Shown in pieces: positions 10,091-18,820 of a stretch of 64,000 bases of DNA. Each line of letters opens with the position of its first letter. The stretch's first letter is position 1. The translations under genes and the position numbers were made by a program. Origin of the DNA: a virus; the IMG/VR virus record IMGVR_UViG_3300048672_000512, positions 114,049-178,048 of that record, one strand, 5' to 3'. The notes under the pieces were generated by a model, which was not told the origin of the DNA, made no database searches, and saw only the letters and a list, made by a program, of their open reading frames with translations.

Positions 10091-11182
10091 TTAGTGTATT
10101 GCCACAAGATGACCCGTGGACGTTTGAACTATGTCTTGAGGTTTCTTTTGAACAGAAGTACTTGCCGGCAGTCTGCTGCTTGCAGGTTTACTCGATGCCG
10201 CTGTAGATGCTTGTGTCTTTTCAGAAGGTGCAGGCGTAGTCGGATTGTTGCTAACAAGTGCTGGCTGCGTTGTTGACTTAGCTATAACACTGGAGGCCGG
10301 TGCATAACTAGTCTTTAGTGCTTTACGGTTTGCGTCTATATACTGACCTACAGTTTCCGCCTTGCCGCCTATGTTGACGCTTATCGCGTACTGCGTATCT
10401 GCTGGCAGGTAGGAAATCTTGTAGTTTGAATCCGAGTCATAAGCGCGTATGACGTTCAGCGTATTAGCTGAACCTATCTGATGTGACAGGTAAAGAAACA
10501 CTGGATCGTTGGCATACTTGCTATCCACCCCTTTATTAATCAGGTACTTCTTGTTCTCGACAGCTAAGCGCATGGTAGCGTCAAGATTCTCTTCTGGATC
10601 AAAGCGGTTGCGCAGACCCATCGCTTTTGCTGTTCTAGCCGTGAACTGACCAAGACCAACAGCACCTGTGCTTGATATAGCGTTTGGATTGCCGCCAGAC
10701 TCCACTGCAATTATTCGTAGCATGTCTTCTGGATTCAGACCGTACTGCTTTGCCTTTTCTCTAATACGCGATTCAAGACTTTCTGATATACCACCGCGAC
10801 CAAAAGATCCTACAGTAACACCCGAGCTTTCAACCTGAGAAGCTGCCGCTACTTCCTCAGAAGACAGTCGAACGTTACGCATGCGCACTTTTGATGGCAC
10901 GTAGCTTTGTTCTCTGTTGCCTTTGATAGTTGGTGTTTGCGCTGAAGAGATAACAGGTTCAATTTCATCCAGCAGGGGTTTCGATTCACCTTTGATGCTA
11001 GCTAGTATGTCAGAAAGCTTTATTTTTCTGACTGAATAAAGCAGAAATGCCCCGCCAGCTATTGCTGCAACGAGGCTAAGAAACTGCATCAGGCTGGAAG
11101 TCTTCAGCGGCTGCGAGACTTCCTCTATGTTTGCTACGTCTGCTTTTGACAGAAGTCTAGTTGAAGGTCGGAAGTCTCGCAT
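10091..11182 (-). CDS. Tail-associated lytic transglycosylase (SLT family)
   Basis: IIAVESGGNPNAISSTGAVGLGQF catalytic motif; FDPEENL; N-terminal hydrophobic segment. Confidence 0.85.
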   Translation of the reverse strand: MRDFRPSTRLLSKADVANIEEVSQPLKTSSLMQFLSLVAAIAGGAFLLYSVRKIKLSDILASIKGESKPLLDEIEPVISSAQTPTIKGNREQSYVPSKVRMRNVRLSSEEVAAASQVESSGVTVGSFGRGGISESLESRIREKAKQYGLNPEDMLRIIAVESGGNPNAISSTGAVGLGQFTARTAKAMGLRNRFDPEENLDATMRLAVENKKYLINKGVDSKYANDPVFLYLSHQIGSANTLNVIRAYDSDSNYKISYLPADTQYAISVNIGGKAETVGQYIDANRKALKTSYAPASSVIAKSTTQPALVSNNPTTPAPSEKTQASTAASSKPASSRLPASTSVQKKPQDIVQTSTGHLVAIH

Positions 11183-11189
11183 TGTGGTT

Positions 11190-11588
11190 TCAGTTCACTA
11201 CCGCCAAGTTGAAGTTGAATGTGTCTCGAAACTCAGTATTGACCGCACCGTAGTTGAGTTGAATTCGATACCCAGGAATCGACACATCTGGAGTCACAAC
11301 GATGTCTCCGTTGGTAACTCGAATTCTAGGTTCTTGCGAACGAATGCAACTCAACATGCCAGCTGTAACCTGAAGTGCTGTAACTTCAGAGATTGGTTCA
11401 CCGAGAGCTTCCAGAAGCTGACCACCCCACGTTGGATTGAAGCTTCGGCTTCGACATCCAGCGTAGGATACAAACAGGCACTTCAGGTTTGCTTTTATGG
11501 AATCAATGCCGGATATGGTGTCTGCCTTTCCGTCTTGCATGTAGAAAGGGTTGATATCCTTGAATAGTGTGCTTATGCTTATTGCCAT
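11190..11588 (-). CDS. Baseplate wedge gp25-like protein
   Basis: IKANLKCLF...RSFNPTWG..L..EPRIRV motif. Confidence 0.85.
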   Translation of the reverse strand: MAISISTLFKDINPFYMQDGKADTISGIDSIKANLKCLFVSYAGCRSRSFNPTWGGQLLEALGEPISEVTALQVTAGMLSCIRSQEPRIRVTNGDIVVTPDVSIPGYRIQLNYGAVNTEFRDTFNFNLAVVN

Positions 11589-11591
11589 ATG

Positions 11592-12065
11592 TTAAGATAG
11601 TCCGTGTTTCTTCTTGTACCGAGCTGCCCAGGTAGCGGGGTTTTTGTCTTTTAGAAGCACCTCAGCATACTCGTAGGACTCGTCATCGTCTGCTATAGCT
11701 ATAGTCTCTTCACCTGCTGGAAACCGATCTTTCTTTACATACATAGCATAGTTGAAACAAAAGTTGTCATCGCTAGCTATCAAAGGCTCACCTAGAGGGA
11801 ATGGACGTTTAAGTATTTCGGAAGCATACTTGTATGCGTATTCAGCGTCCTTAGCAATTGCGGCTTCGCCAGCAGGGAAGGGTTTTCTTGAAACACTTGT
11901 AGCATACAAATATGCATAGTAGGTACTGTTAGCCCACAGACTTTCAAGTTTTCTCTTCTCTTCAGGCGTTCTTGCTGCTTCCCAGGCTATCTTTGGTATG
12001 CGCGTTTTGGCAGCTTCGTAACCATCAAGGGTTTCGGGGTGAGTGTGGAATTTGTATAAGTTCAT
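11592..12065 (-). CDS. Helical repeat protein (YAY.YA..V.K..FP.GE..IA repeats)
   Basis: Three to four about 24-aa repeats visible. Confidence 0.65.
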   Translation of the reverse strand: MNLYKFHTHPETLDGYEAAKTRIPKIAWEAARTPEEKRKLESLWANSTYYAYLYATSVSRKPFPAGEAAIAKDAEYAYKYASEILKRPFPLGEPLIASDDNFCFNYAMYVKKDRFPAGEETIAIADDDESYEYAEVLLKDKNPATWAARYKKKHGLS

Positions 12066-12077
12066 ACTATTTGCTGT

Positions 12078-12848
12078 TTAAGGAATCACAGGAGAAGTTG
12101 TACCTGGGCCACCTTGCACTCCACCGTGCGTATGTGTAGAACCGACGTTGACACCTGCCTGCTTCAAGATTCCAGTCACGCTTACGTTTCCGGTAGCAGT
12201 TGTGTTTCCAGTTATAGACACATTAGCGTTAGCGGTAACGTCCTGAGTAACCGTTAGCTTCTTATCTAACAGTGTGTCACCTGTCACTTCAGTGTTTGGC
12301 GTGTCAAGTGTTATCTTTGTGGTAGCTTTCAACTTTATGTTTGGAGCTTCCATGTTTATATCCTTGACCGCCTTCACTTGCACGGTGCCATCCGCAAGTA
12401 TTGTCAGCTCGGTTCCGCTCTTGTGCTTGAAGTAGACAGTCTCGGAGCCTTCTTTGTTGTCCACATAAAAAATGTTCCCGGACGGATCCACAAAGCCACG
12501 TCGGTCCGGATAGTTAGTTGCAAGAGGCTCCGGAACTGCAGTTGTTTCCAAATGCACATAACCTTCAAATACTGGAAAGTGCACGTCACCGCCCTGAAAG
12601 GAAACAAGAAGCTTGCTTCCAATTGCTGGTACAGACACCGTAACGGCACTATCCGTAACGCCAAAGGAGGAAGCTACTCTTGGAAGAATCCAAGGTAGGT
12701 CTTCAGCCTTCTCAGCATCAATCACATTAGGAATTCTAATACGGACACGCTGCTGTTTCTTCTTGTCGTTGTTGTCAACCACAGTTGCAAGAAACAGACC
12801 GTCGTAACTGGACGTCGCTAGCTGCCTTGAATTGTTGAATGCTGCCAT
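12078..12848 (-). CDS. Baseplate central spike (gp5/gpV-like)
   Basis: OB-fold ATVVDNND..RVRIRIP..LPW; VP.IGS..LV.FQGGD..FP; beta-helix repeats; apex HTHGGV. Confidence 0.9.
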   Translation of the reverse strand: MAAFNNSRQLATSSYDGLFLATVVDNNDKKKQQRVRIRIPNVIDAEKAEDLPWILPRVASSFGVTDSAVTVSVPAIGSKLLVSFQGGDVHFPVFEGYVHLETTAVPEPLATNYPDRRGFVDPSGNIFYVDNKEGSETVYFKHKSGTELTILADGTVQVKAVKDINMEAPNIKLKATTKITLDTPNTEVTGDTLLDKKLTVTQDVTANANVSITGNTTATGNVSVTGILKQAGVNVGSTHTHGGVQGGPGTTSPVIP

Positions 12849-15518
12849 TTATCTTGCAAGATGTCCAAGGTTTGCGAAGAAGAAACCACCATCCATCCAG
12901 GAGAAAGTAGGAATGGACAGAACGCTATTTGCCTGACTGCTACCAGCTGGTTGTGACTGTGCTGCGGGTTTGCTTTCCGTCTGCGCTGCTGGTGCAGGCA
13001 CCGCTTTCTGCATACTAGGTGCTTGAGTATTTACAAGCTTCGGTTGCGTTGCCGGAGTTGAGGACTTGCCAAGACCGGAAGCAACACTACTGTTTGACGG
13101 ATACAGAGGCGTTCCGTCTGCATTGGTAACGCGACCACTTGCAGTGCGCTGCGCTTTGCTGTCAATCGGCCTTGTATCTAGTGTGGCGTTGTAGTCAGTG
13201 AGGCGTTCAAGAAGACTACGGGTTGCTGACGGGTAGGACTTGCGTACGTTTGCGTCACGGATTGCGGTCGGAGACGTTCTTACGAATCCACTGTCAGCTA
13301 ACAGTCCAGACTTCTCCATATCGTTTATAGTTGTTGATGGCATGGTTATTGAGTAACCGTCATCACTTATGCTATGTACGTCCGGAGTGTTGAAGCCTAG
13401 ATTCTGTACGTGTGTAAGAAGGTTGGAAAACTTGCTCTTTGTTGTTGGAGCAAGTTTGTCCAGGTTAACGCCAAGAGCTGTTACTTTTCCGCTTTCAGTA
13501 AGCGCTGTAGTTGTTGGCTTAAGATACCTATCAACAGAGTCTAGCGCTTTCTTACTGAAATAGCTTTCTACGCTATCGTAAACCCAAGTTCCTATTTTGG
13601 AAGCCAGCTCAGCAGCCCAGGAAACAAATTGCTTGCCAACTTCAGTGTTTAGCACTTTCACTACTAAAGTTCCCAGGCCGGCAATTCCAGCAGTAAGCTC
13701 TGCTCCGTCTATCAACCCTTTGATAACCGGATTTTCAAGAAGCATATCAAGAAGAGTTCCGAAAGAGTCTCTTGGCCTTCTTGCGTTCTCTGCAATCACG
13801 TGCAAGTCTGCAGTTTGCGACTCACGCATGCGACGGTCTTCAACTTCAGCGACAGCGTTTGCAGCCTGCTGCGTTTCAGAAGTCATACCATAGGAGGGTT
13901 CTATGCGTTGTTGCATAGCCTTCTTGTTTGAAGGAAGAGAAAGCAGCTGCACTATAGACTGAACTAATGGCTTCAACTGTATCTCTTTGAGCGCAGAGTA
14001 CGTGCGACTCATGATGGTGCTGGTGTTCTGTGCTACAGGCTGCACAATCTCAGCAGGCATGTTGCCTACTTTAGACTGCAGAGTTCTTACATCTGCAGTC
14101 AGCACCGTCAGCATCTCAATTATTGTCTTGTAGTTCTTAGCATGCTGAACGCGTTTACTCTGCTCTGCCTTTTCAGGCTTCTTGTTTTTGCGCTCCCACT
14201 CGCCAACAGCGCTGGTGTCAGGAACATCAGAAGTTAATCCTGTGTCTGTTGGAGTTGCAGCTGTCTGCGTTGTGATTGACTCCTGTGCAACCGACTCTTC
14301 TTGAGACTTTGCTAGAAGCCTAGTGTCACGTAAGGATCTGCGAAGCTTGCGGCTGCTAAGAACCGCAGCTTTTCTCAGTGCCCTGCCAACAGCATTCGAG
14401 TCTTTGCTTCGCAGGCTTTTAGCCGCACGTTTCAGAATGCTTGCAGTTGCCTTTGAAGCCGCGTTACCCGCCAACTTACTAGCGGCCTTTGCACCTTGCA
14501 ACGTCTTTCTGCCCGCCCAACCTAAACCCTTTCCTGCTGCGTCTCCAGCACGACGAACAGAATAGGGAAGCGCTTGCGCTGCTAGGTTGTGGATGTCACG
14601 GAGGTTAGACAGCCCCTCACGCAGATAGGATGGAACATTCTGAAGCACTCGCTTTGTGCTACGTCCGACTCGATAAGTGCCTCGAATGAGTCGAAAGGCG
14701 TTGTACAGGTTTACACCCTTTATACCTATGAACTTGCCAACGGAAGCTGACGTCTTGTTGAGTTTGTCAACAGCATTCTGACGCTTCTCTTCAAGGAAGT
14801 CTGCAGCCTGAAACACGTCATCAAGCTGCGCAACAACAGGCTGACTAAGCTCAACGCCACGTGCTGTATGCAGATACTGATAGTTTTCGATTCGACGCTT
14901 CAGAAGCTTGTAAGTCTCAAGCTGACCACGCTCGATAGACGTCAGAAGTTTCTGTACATCTTTGGCTAGAACAAGAAGCAGCTCTTTATCATTGCGTGTC
15001 TGTTCATCATGTCCATACTGAATAGCATACAGACGTTGCACACCCGTGTTGATAAACGAGTACCTGCGCAACAGGCTCGGCATGTCATTCAACAACTCGG
15101 TACGCGTTTCGCGCAGCTGCGATTCTCGATACCGAAGAACCGTTCGGCCAGTAAACGTCTGTCTCTGCTGAAGCGCAGATGTGAGTGCAATTTCCAGGCT
15201 TCGAGTTCTTGCATCGATTGAGCGAAGCGCCTGCAGCGAGTCTGCGTTTTCAGGCGAGCCTTGAAGCGCTTCAAGTTCAGCGTACAGGTCGCTCAGCTGT
15301 GCAATGAAAGAATCGATTGCTAGCTTGTCTGGCAACACCTTTGTTGCTACGTAGTCCAGTTCGATTCGACGCTTCAGAGAAGAGAACATCAGTTCTCCCT
15401 CTGCGTCGCGGTTGAACTTTGGAAAAGACACATTGCTGCGCACGATCGCCTGAGCAGCCTTTGTATCTCTTATTTTCGGAAGTCCTTTTACTTTGTGCAG
15501 AGGCGTCGTGATTGGCAT
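12849..15518 (-). CDS. Putative tape measure-like protein
   Basis: 889 aa, helical and A/K-rich; lies between the chaperone and the spike. Confidence 0.55.
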   Translation of the reverse strand: MPITTPLHKVKGLPKIRDTKAAQAIVRSNVSFPKFNRDAEGELMFSSLKRRIELDYVATKVLPDKLAIDSFIAQLSDLYAELEALQGSPENADSLQALRSIDARTRSLEIALTSALQQRQTFTGRTVLRYRESQLRETRTELLNDMPSLLRRYSFINTGVQRLYAIQYGHDEQTRNDKELLLVLAKDVQKLLTSIERGQLETYKLLKRRIENYQYLHTARGVELSQPVVAQLDDVFQAADFLEEKRQNAVDKLNKTSASVGKFIGIKGVNLYNAFRLIRGTYRVGRSTKRVLQNVPSYLREGLSNLRDIHNLAAQALPYSVRRAGDAAGKGLGWAGRKTLQGAKAASKLAGNAASKATASILKRAAKSLRSKDSNAVGRALRKAAVLSSRKLRRSLRDTRLLAKSQEESVAQESITTQTAATPTDTGLTSDVPDTSAVGEWERKNKKPEKAEQSKRVQHAKNYKTIIEMLTVLTADVRTLQSKVGNMPAEIVQPVAQNTSTIMSRTYSALKEIQLKPLVQSIVQLLSLPSNKKAMQQRIEPSYGMTSETQQAANAVAEVEDRRMRESQTADLHVIAENARRPRDSFGTLLDMLLENPVIKGLIDGAELTAGIAGLGTLVVKVLNTEVGKQFVSWAAELASKIGTWVYDSVESYFSKKALDSVDRYLKPTTTALTESGKVTALGVNLDKLAPTTKSKFSNLLTHVQNLGFNTPDVHSISDDGYSITMPSTTINDMEKSGLLADSGFVRTSPTAIRDANVRKSYPSATRSLLERLTDYNATLDTRPIDSKAQRTASGRVTNADGTPLYPSNSSVASGLGKSSTPATQPKLVNTQAPSMQKAVPAPAAQTESKPAAQSQPAGSSQANSVLSIPTFSWMDGGFFFANLGHLAR

Positions 15519-15519
15519 G

Positions 15520-15714
15520 TTAAGTCTTTTGAGTTCGCTTGTTAAGAGCCGAAGAATTCATGAAAAGCAACTGCTTCAAAGGAACATCAAGGCTCAAGAA
15601 TACTCCGAACTCTTCTGCAATAAGAGCCTGCGCTTCATACAGAAACTGTTCGGAGTAGAAGTTAAAGAAACGAGTGTGCCGCGATGGAGATTTCATTCTC
15701 CACAGCAGCACCAC
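15520..15714 (-). CDS. Probable +1 frameshift extension of the tail assembly chaperone (G/GT-like)
   Basis: Overlaps the chaperone stop at TTT CTT TAA C; no good RBS; ends 2 nt before the tape measure ATG. Confidence 0.5.
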   Translation of the reverse strand: MVLLWRMKSPSRHTRFFNFYSEQFLYEAQALIAEEFGVFLSLDVPLKQLLFMNSSALNKRTQKT

Positions 15715-16612
15715 ACTCCTTGCATGTAAACTTCACTTGTTCGATCACGCCATAGTCTTGAACGTGATCACGATAGTCACACACCGTTTCGAGTTCATCG
15801 ACGGTAAGTGACTGCACCAACTCAATTCGGTCTTTCAACGAAACCTGAACTTGACTTGCATCTTCTCCGTTGTACTTCAGATAGCTAGCAATGTCTGCAA
15901 GGTAGTCGATCTCTCGCGTTATGTCTGGCGAAGTGTCAACGATGTCCTCAAGCTCAAGCAGATCACGAACCGTTGCCGGATGAAAAGCAAAAGGCGTAGA
16001 CTCAAGAGCACTGCCGTTTTGCGCTACAAACTCTGCAACAGGTCCGTAGTCAAATTCGTTTTCTGTCAGTGTCGTTCGATTGATAGTGACAATCGTCTTG
16101 AGCGTTTCTGGCTTGAGTTCTCCAGACTTGATCTTCTTGAGGTGATCAGGGTTGTTGCAGAAACCAACGTGCGTAAGCGGGCTTCGTGTGTAGTGGTTGA
16201 TTCGCAACCAATACAGCAACCAGTAGTAGTCTGGAATCGTCAGGTCAAGCGTGGAAACAGGAAGGCCGTCAGCGGTATGCAGAAGTGTAGAGACAGCTTC
16301 TGCCATGTGACGGTGGTTCTTCTCTGCAGCTGCTCGCGCAAACTTTGCTTGGTGGTAACCAAGAAGCGGAGAAACCGTCAGTGTCTTGAAATCGTAGAAG
16401 TAGAATTTGCTAGGCAGTTGAACGCTGACCACTTTCGGATTGACTGTTGCGGCATCCGAAGTTGCAGCAATATCAGTTCGAGCAACTGTATTGAACTTCG
16501 GGATCTGCACTTGCGCAGGTGCTGTAGTTTCCTGCACCTGAACTGTCGGACGTCGAACTTGAACGCTGACTCGGTTGTTAGAAGAATTTTGCTTTGACAT
16601 AGTCTCTTGCAC
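15662..16612 (-). CDS. Tail/baseplate assembly chaperone (T4 gp26-like); probable start 16600
   Basis: LT..DY..LL..LRI motif, C-terminal C..CG zinc knuckle; upstream of tape measure. Confidence 0.7.
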   Translation of the reverse strand: MQETMSKQNSSNNRVSVQVRRPTVQVQETTAPAQVQIPKFNTVARTDIAATSDAATVNPKVVSVQLPSKFYFYDFKTLTVSPLLGYHQAKFARAAAEKNHRHMAEAVSTLLHTADGLPVSTLDLTIPDYYWLLYWLRINHYTRSPLTHVGFCNNPDHLKKIKSGELKPETLKTIVTINRTTLTENEFDYGPVAEFVAQNGSALESTPFAFHPATVRDLLELEDIVDTSPDITREIDYLADIASYLKYNGEDASQVQVSLKDRIELVQSLTVDELETVCDYRDHVQDYGVIEQVKFTCKECGAAVENEISIAAHSFL

Positions 16613-17564
16613 TTGCTGGCGTGAATGAAGGAATTCCTGATGCTAACAGGGACGTAGGTAGTTTCGGCCCGCTAGGACCGCCCTGATCATTATTCACATT
16701 ATCCAGCATGCCGCTTTCAACTGAAATGTGATCTACAGAAAGCTGCATTGTGGTAGTAAGGGGTTCAGAGGAACTGCCATTCATCGCATAGGAGTCCCAT
16801 GAGACAGGAAAGCAACCTATGAAGGTGAACTTCACCAAGGCATTGCGCCTAGCATCATGCACAATGCAGACAACGTTCCTCTTGTACTGCGACGGCATTC
16901 TATAGTTGCCAGTCTTGCTGTCAAACACTGAGTCAAACCAGGAACTAGCAAACTGAAACGCCTGAGCTGTTGTATCCGTGAAGAAGGTTATTGCAATACC
17001 ATCACACGAAAAAGCACCAGCGTAATTCTTAGCCTTGCCTTCTCGAAACACGGTGTGCACATCGAAGCTAAGGTGTGGCGTTTGTAGCGTCTCAATGTAG
17101 ATTGGATCTATGATTGAATCGTTCTCACTCACCACTGGATTGACAAAGGCAACCCACTCGAATGAAAGCAGCGGATCACCACGAGCCTGCATCTTCTTCT
17201 TGAAGTCTGCTTTCGTTTCCGGTGTTGCGTATGGTCCAAAGGCTGCAGTTTCAAAGGAGTTCAACCCACCCAAGTTTATGCCAAGAGCGGAACCTACATC
17301 CTTGAAAAGGTTTGCAGCTTTCTGCGCAGACACCAGAGCTTTGTTAGCAGAACCCACAACCTGATTGACGCGACCCATTACGCGACCGGCACCTTGCGAA
17401 GCTGTATTAGTGACTCGATCCGCAAAGTTGCTAACCTTGTCTGCTGATACCGTTACGCGATCAACTACCTTGCCTGCAAAGCGAACAGGTTGCTGCGCTT
17501 GTTGTAGCTGAACCTTTGGTTGAAAGATGGATAGGCCTGTGGGTGGTCTTGGAATGAATGCCAT
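16578..17564 (-). CDS. Tail tube-like protein 2 (gp19/gp54 family) with N-terminal extension
   Basis: IETLQTP.LSF, ITFF.D, W...V, F.F.GCFP..W motifs of the T4 gp19 fold. Confidence 0.7.
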   Translation of the reverse strand: MAFIPRPPTGLSIFQPKVQLQQAQQPVRFAGKVVDRVTVSADKVSNFADRVTNTASQGAGRVMGRVNQVVGSANKALVSAQKAANLFKDVGSALGINLGGLNSFETAAFGPYATPETKADFKKKMQARGDPLLSFEWVAFVNPVVSENDSIIDPIYIETLQTPHLSFDVHTVFREGKAKNYAGAFSCDGIAITFFTDTTAQAFQFASSWFDSVFDSKTGNYRMPSQYKRNVVCIVHDARRNALVKFTFIGCFPVSWDSYAMNGSSSEPLTTTMQLSVDHISVESGMLDNVNNDQGGPSGPKLPTSLLASGIPSFTPASARDYVKAKFF

Positions 17565-17825
17565 ATATTGTCCTTATTACCAGCACCCACAAGATGGCTG
17601 CTGTTCGAGCGCGATGGCTCCGGTTCAAATACTGTGAACGAGCGATAGCGAGTTAGGTGTTACCCCACCCCACCCTACGATACCTCCCCTGAGAGATTAA
17701 CCTAACATACGTAATTAACCTGACGAGCGCAAGCGAGGAAAGGTTGGATCGTCTACCGAAGCGAAGCGTAGGTAGCGAGCCCACAGGAATGCAGACACAG
17801 CCCCTTCCGTGAGATTGCCAAGCGG

Positions 17826-17880
17826 AAAAACAAAACCCCCGGAGACAGCACGTTTCCGGGGGTTTTTCGCTTCTGCACCC
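17826..17880 (+). terminator. Hairpin with conserved tail GGGGTTTTTCGCTTCTGCACCC
   Basis: AAACCCCCGGA...TCCGGGGGTTTTT; A-tracts/T-tracts on both sides, so possibly bidirectional. Confidence 0.7.
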
Positions 17881-17908
17881 GAAACTACGGTAGGGCAGGG
17901 AAACTGCA

Positions 17909-17980
17909 GTTTCCGATCGTTTTCGTAATGAAAAAACAGCAGGAAACAGTGGTTTCCGTGCCGAGACGTGTATCTGGGTG
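17909..17980 (-). repeat. 72-bp non-coding box, copy A (inverted relative to copy B at 43711-43782)
   Basis: 62/72 identical by manual alignment, including exact 20- and 25-nt blocks. Confidence 0.9.
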
Positions 17981-18011
17981 TGTGGTCAGAAAACACGTAA
18001 AAACCACTGTT

Positions 18012-18809
18012 TTAGCCTTCGCTGTAATCGAAGCTGAACTGAATGCTGTAGCGCACGATGTCGCCAGTTTGATCCAGCTGCACGTCATCGATAGACGTCG
18101 GAAACACACCAAACAGTTTGATCTCACGAACTACTTGCGGCAGATCGTCATAAAGCTCAAGACTCACAGTGGTTGAGTAGATAGACTTGTAGCTACCGGC
18201 ATTTGCTTTCCAGCTACGTGCAAGTTCTTGCCAAGCTAGAAAGGCGTCACGCGTAGACGAGTCTCGCGTTTCCACCAGCGTCACATTCCAGGTTCCATCC
18301 CACTGACGGCGACCTGCAAAGTTCAGCTTGATGCCATGAGCTTCAAGTCCAACTTGCTCCAGCTTTGAACCCGGAATAGAAGTGCTCAGCGCCTTGTAGC
18401 TGACCTCTCGTGAAAGACTGGATCCGGGAATGTTTGGAATCGTCAAATTCCAGTTCCACATTTGTAACGGCGTTTTGTTATCGCTTTGGCATTTAACCAA
18501 AGCCTCTTTATCTTTCGATAAAGACCAGACTATATCATCGGTCTAACGTGACCGTCGCGCGCTCGTGGGTGGAGTATTGTTTCCTCACCACCTAGTCGTT
18601 GAACCCACTCTCTTCTCTCGCTTTACGCTACTTAAGAGGCTTGGCTGCTGATTGTCCAATGCTTGATGTTTTTAGCGTTCACGTTCACTCTCACGAGTCT
18701 CGTTGTAGCCATCAAGCCTCTAAGGATGTTCCAGCAATTCACGCGATTTACCCTGGACCTGAAGTTAATCCAGCACACTCATCATTTCTTGAAGACCAGG
18801 ACGTGCCAT
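18012..18809 (-). CDS. Major tail tube protein (T4 gp19-like), two exons: 18809-18768 and 18470-18012; 166 aa spliced
   Basis: Exon 1 MARPGLQEMMSVLD (AGGA RBS, right after the sheath) joins in frame to PLQMWNWNLTIP...; gp19-like motifs RRQW..TW.VT..E, LFGVFP..I. Confidence 0.85.
18471..18767 (-). ncRNA. Group I self-splicing intron, 297 nt, no ORF
   Basis: 5' site after U, terminal G; P1 CUGGAU/GUCCAG with U.G; P AAUUGCUGG, Q AAUCAGCAG, R UUCAACGACUA, S GAUAUAGUC; P3 UCGCGU/GCGCGA; P8 CGGUC/GACCG; P9 CUUUAUC-GAAA-GAUAAAG. Confidence 0.93.
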
Positions 18810-18820
18810 GTCTGTTTCCT

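Noticed and set aside
18012-18500. ORF-track start of the tail tube (MVKCQSDNKT...)
   Set aside because: The first 10 codons are intron P9 sequence with no RBS; the real start is 18809 via splicing.
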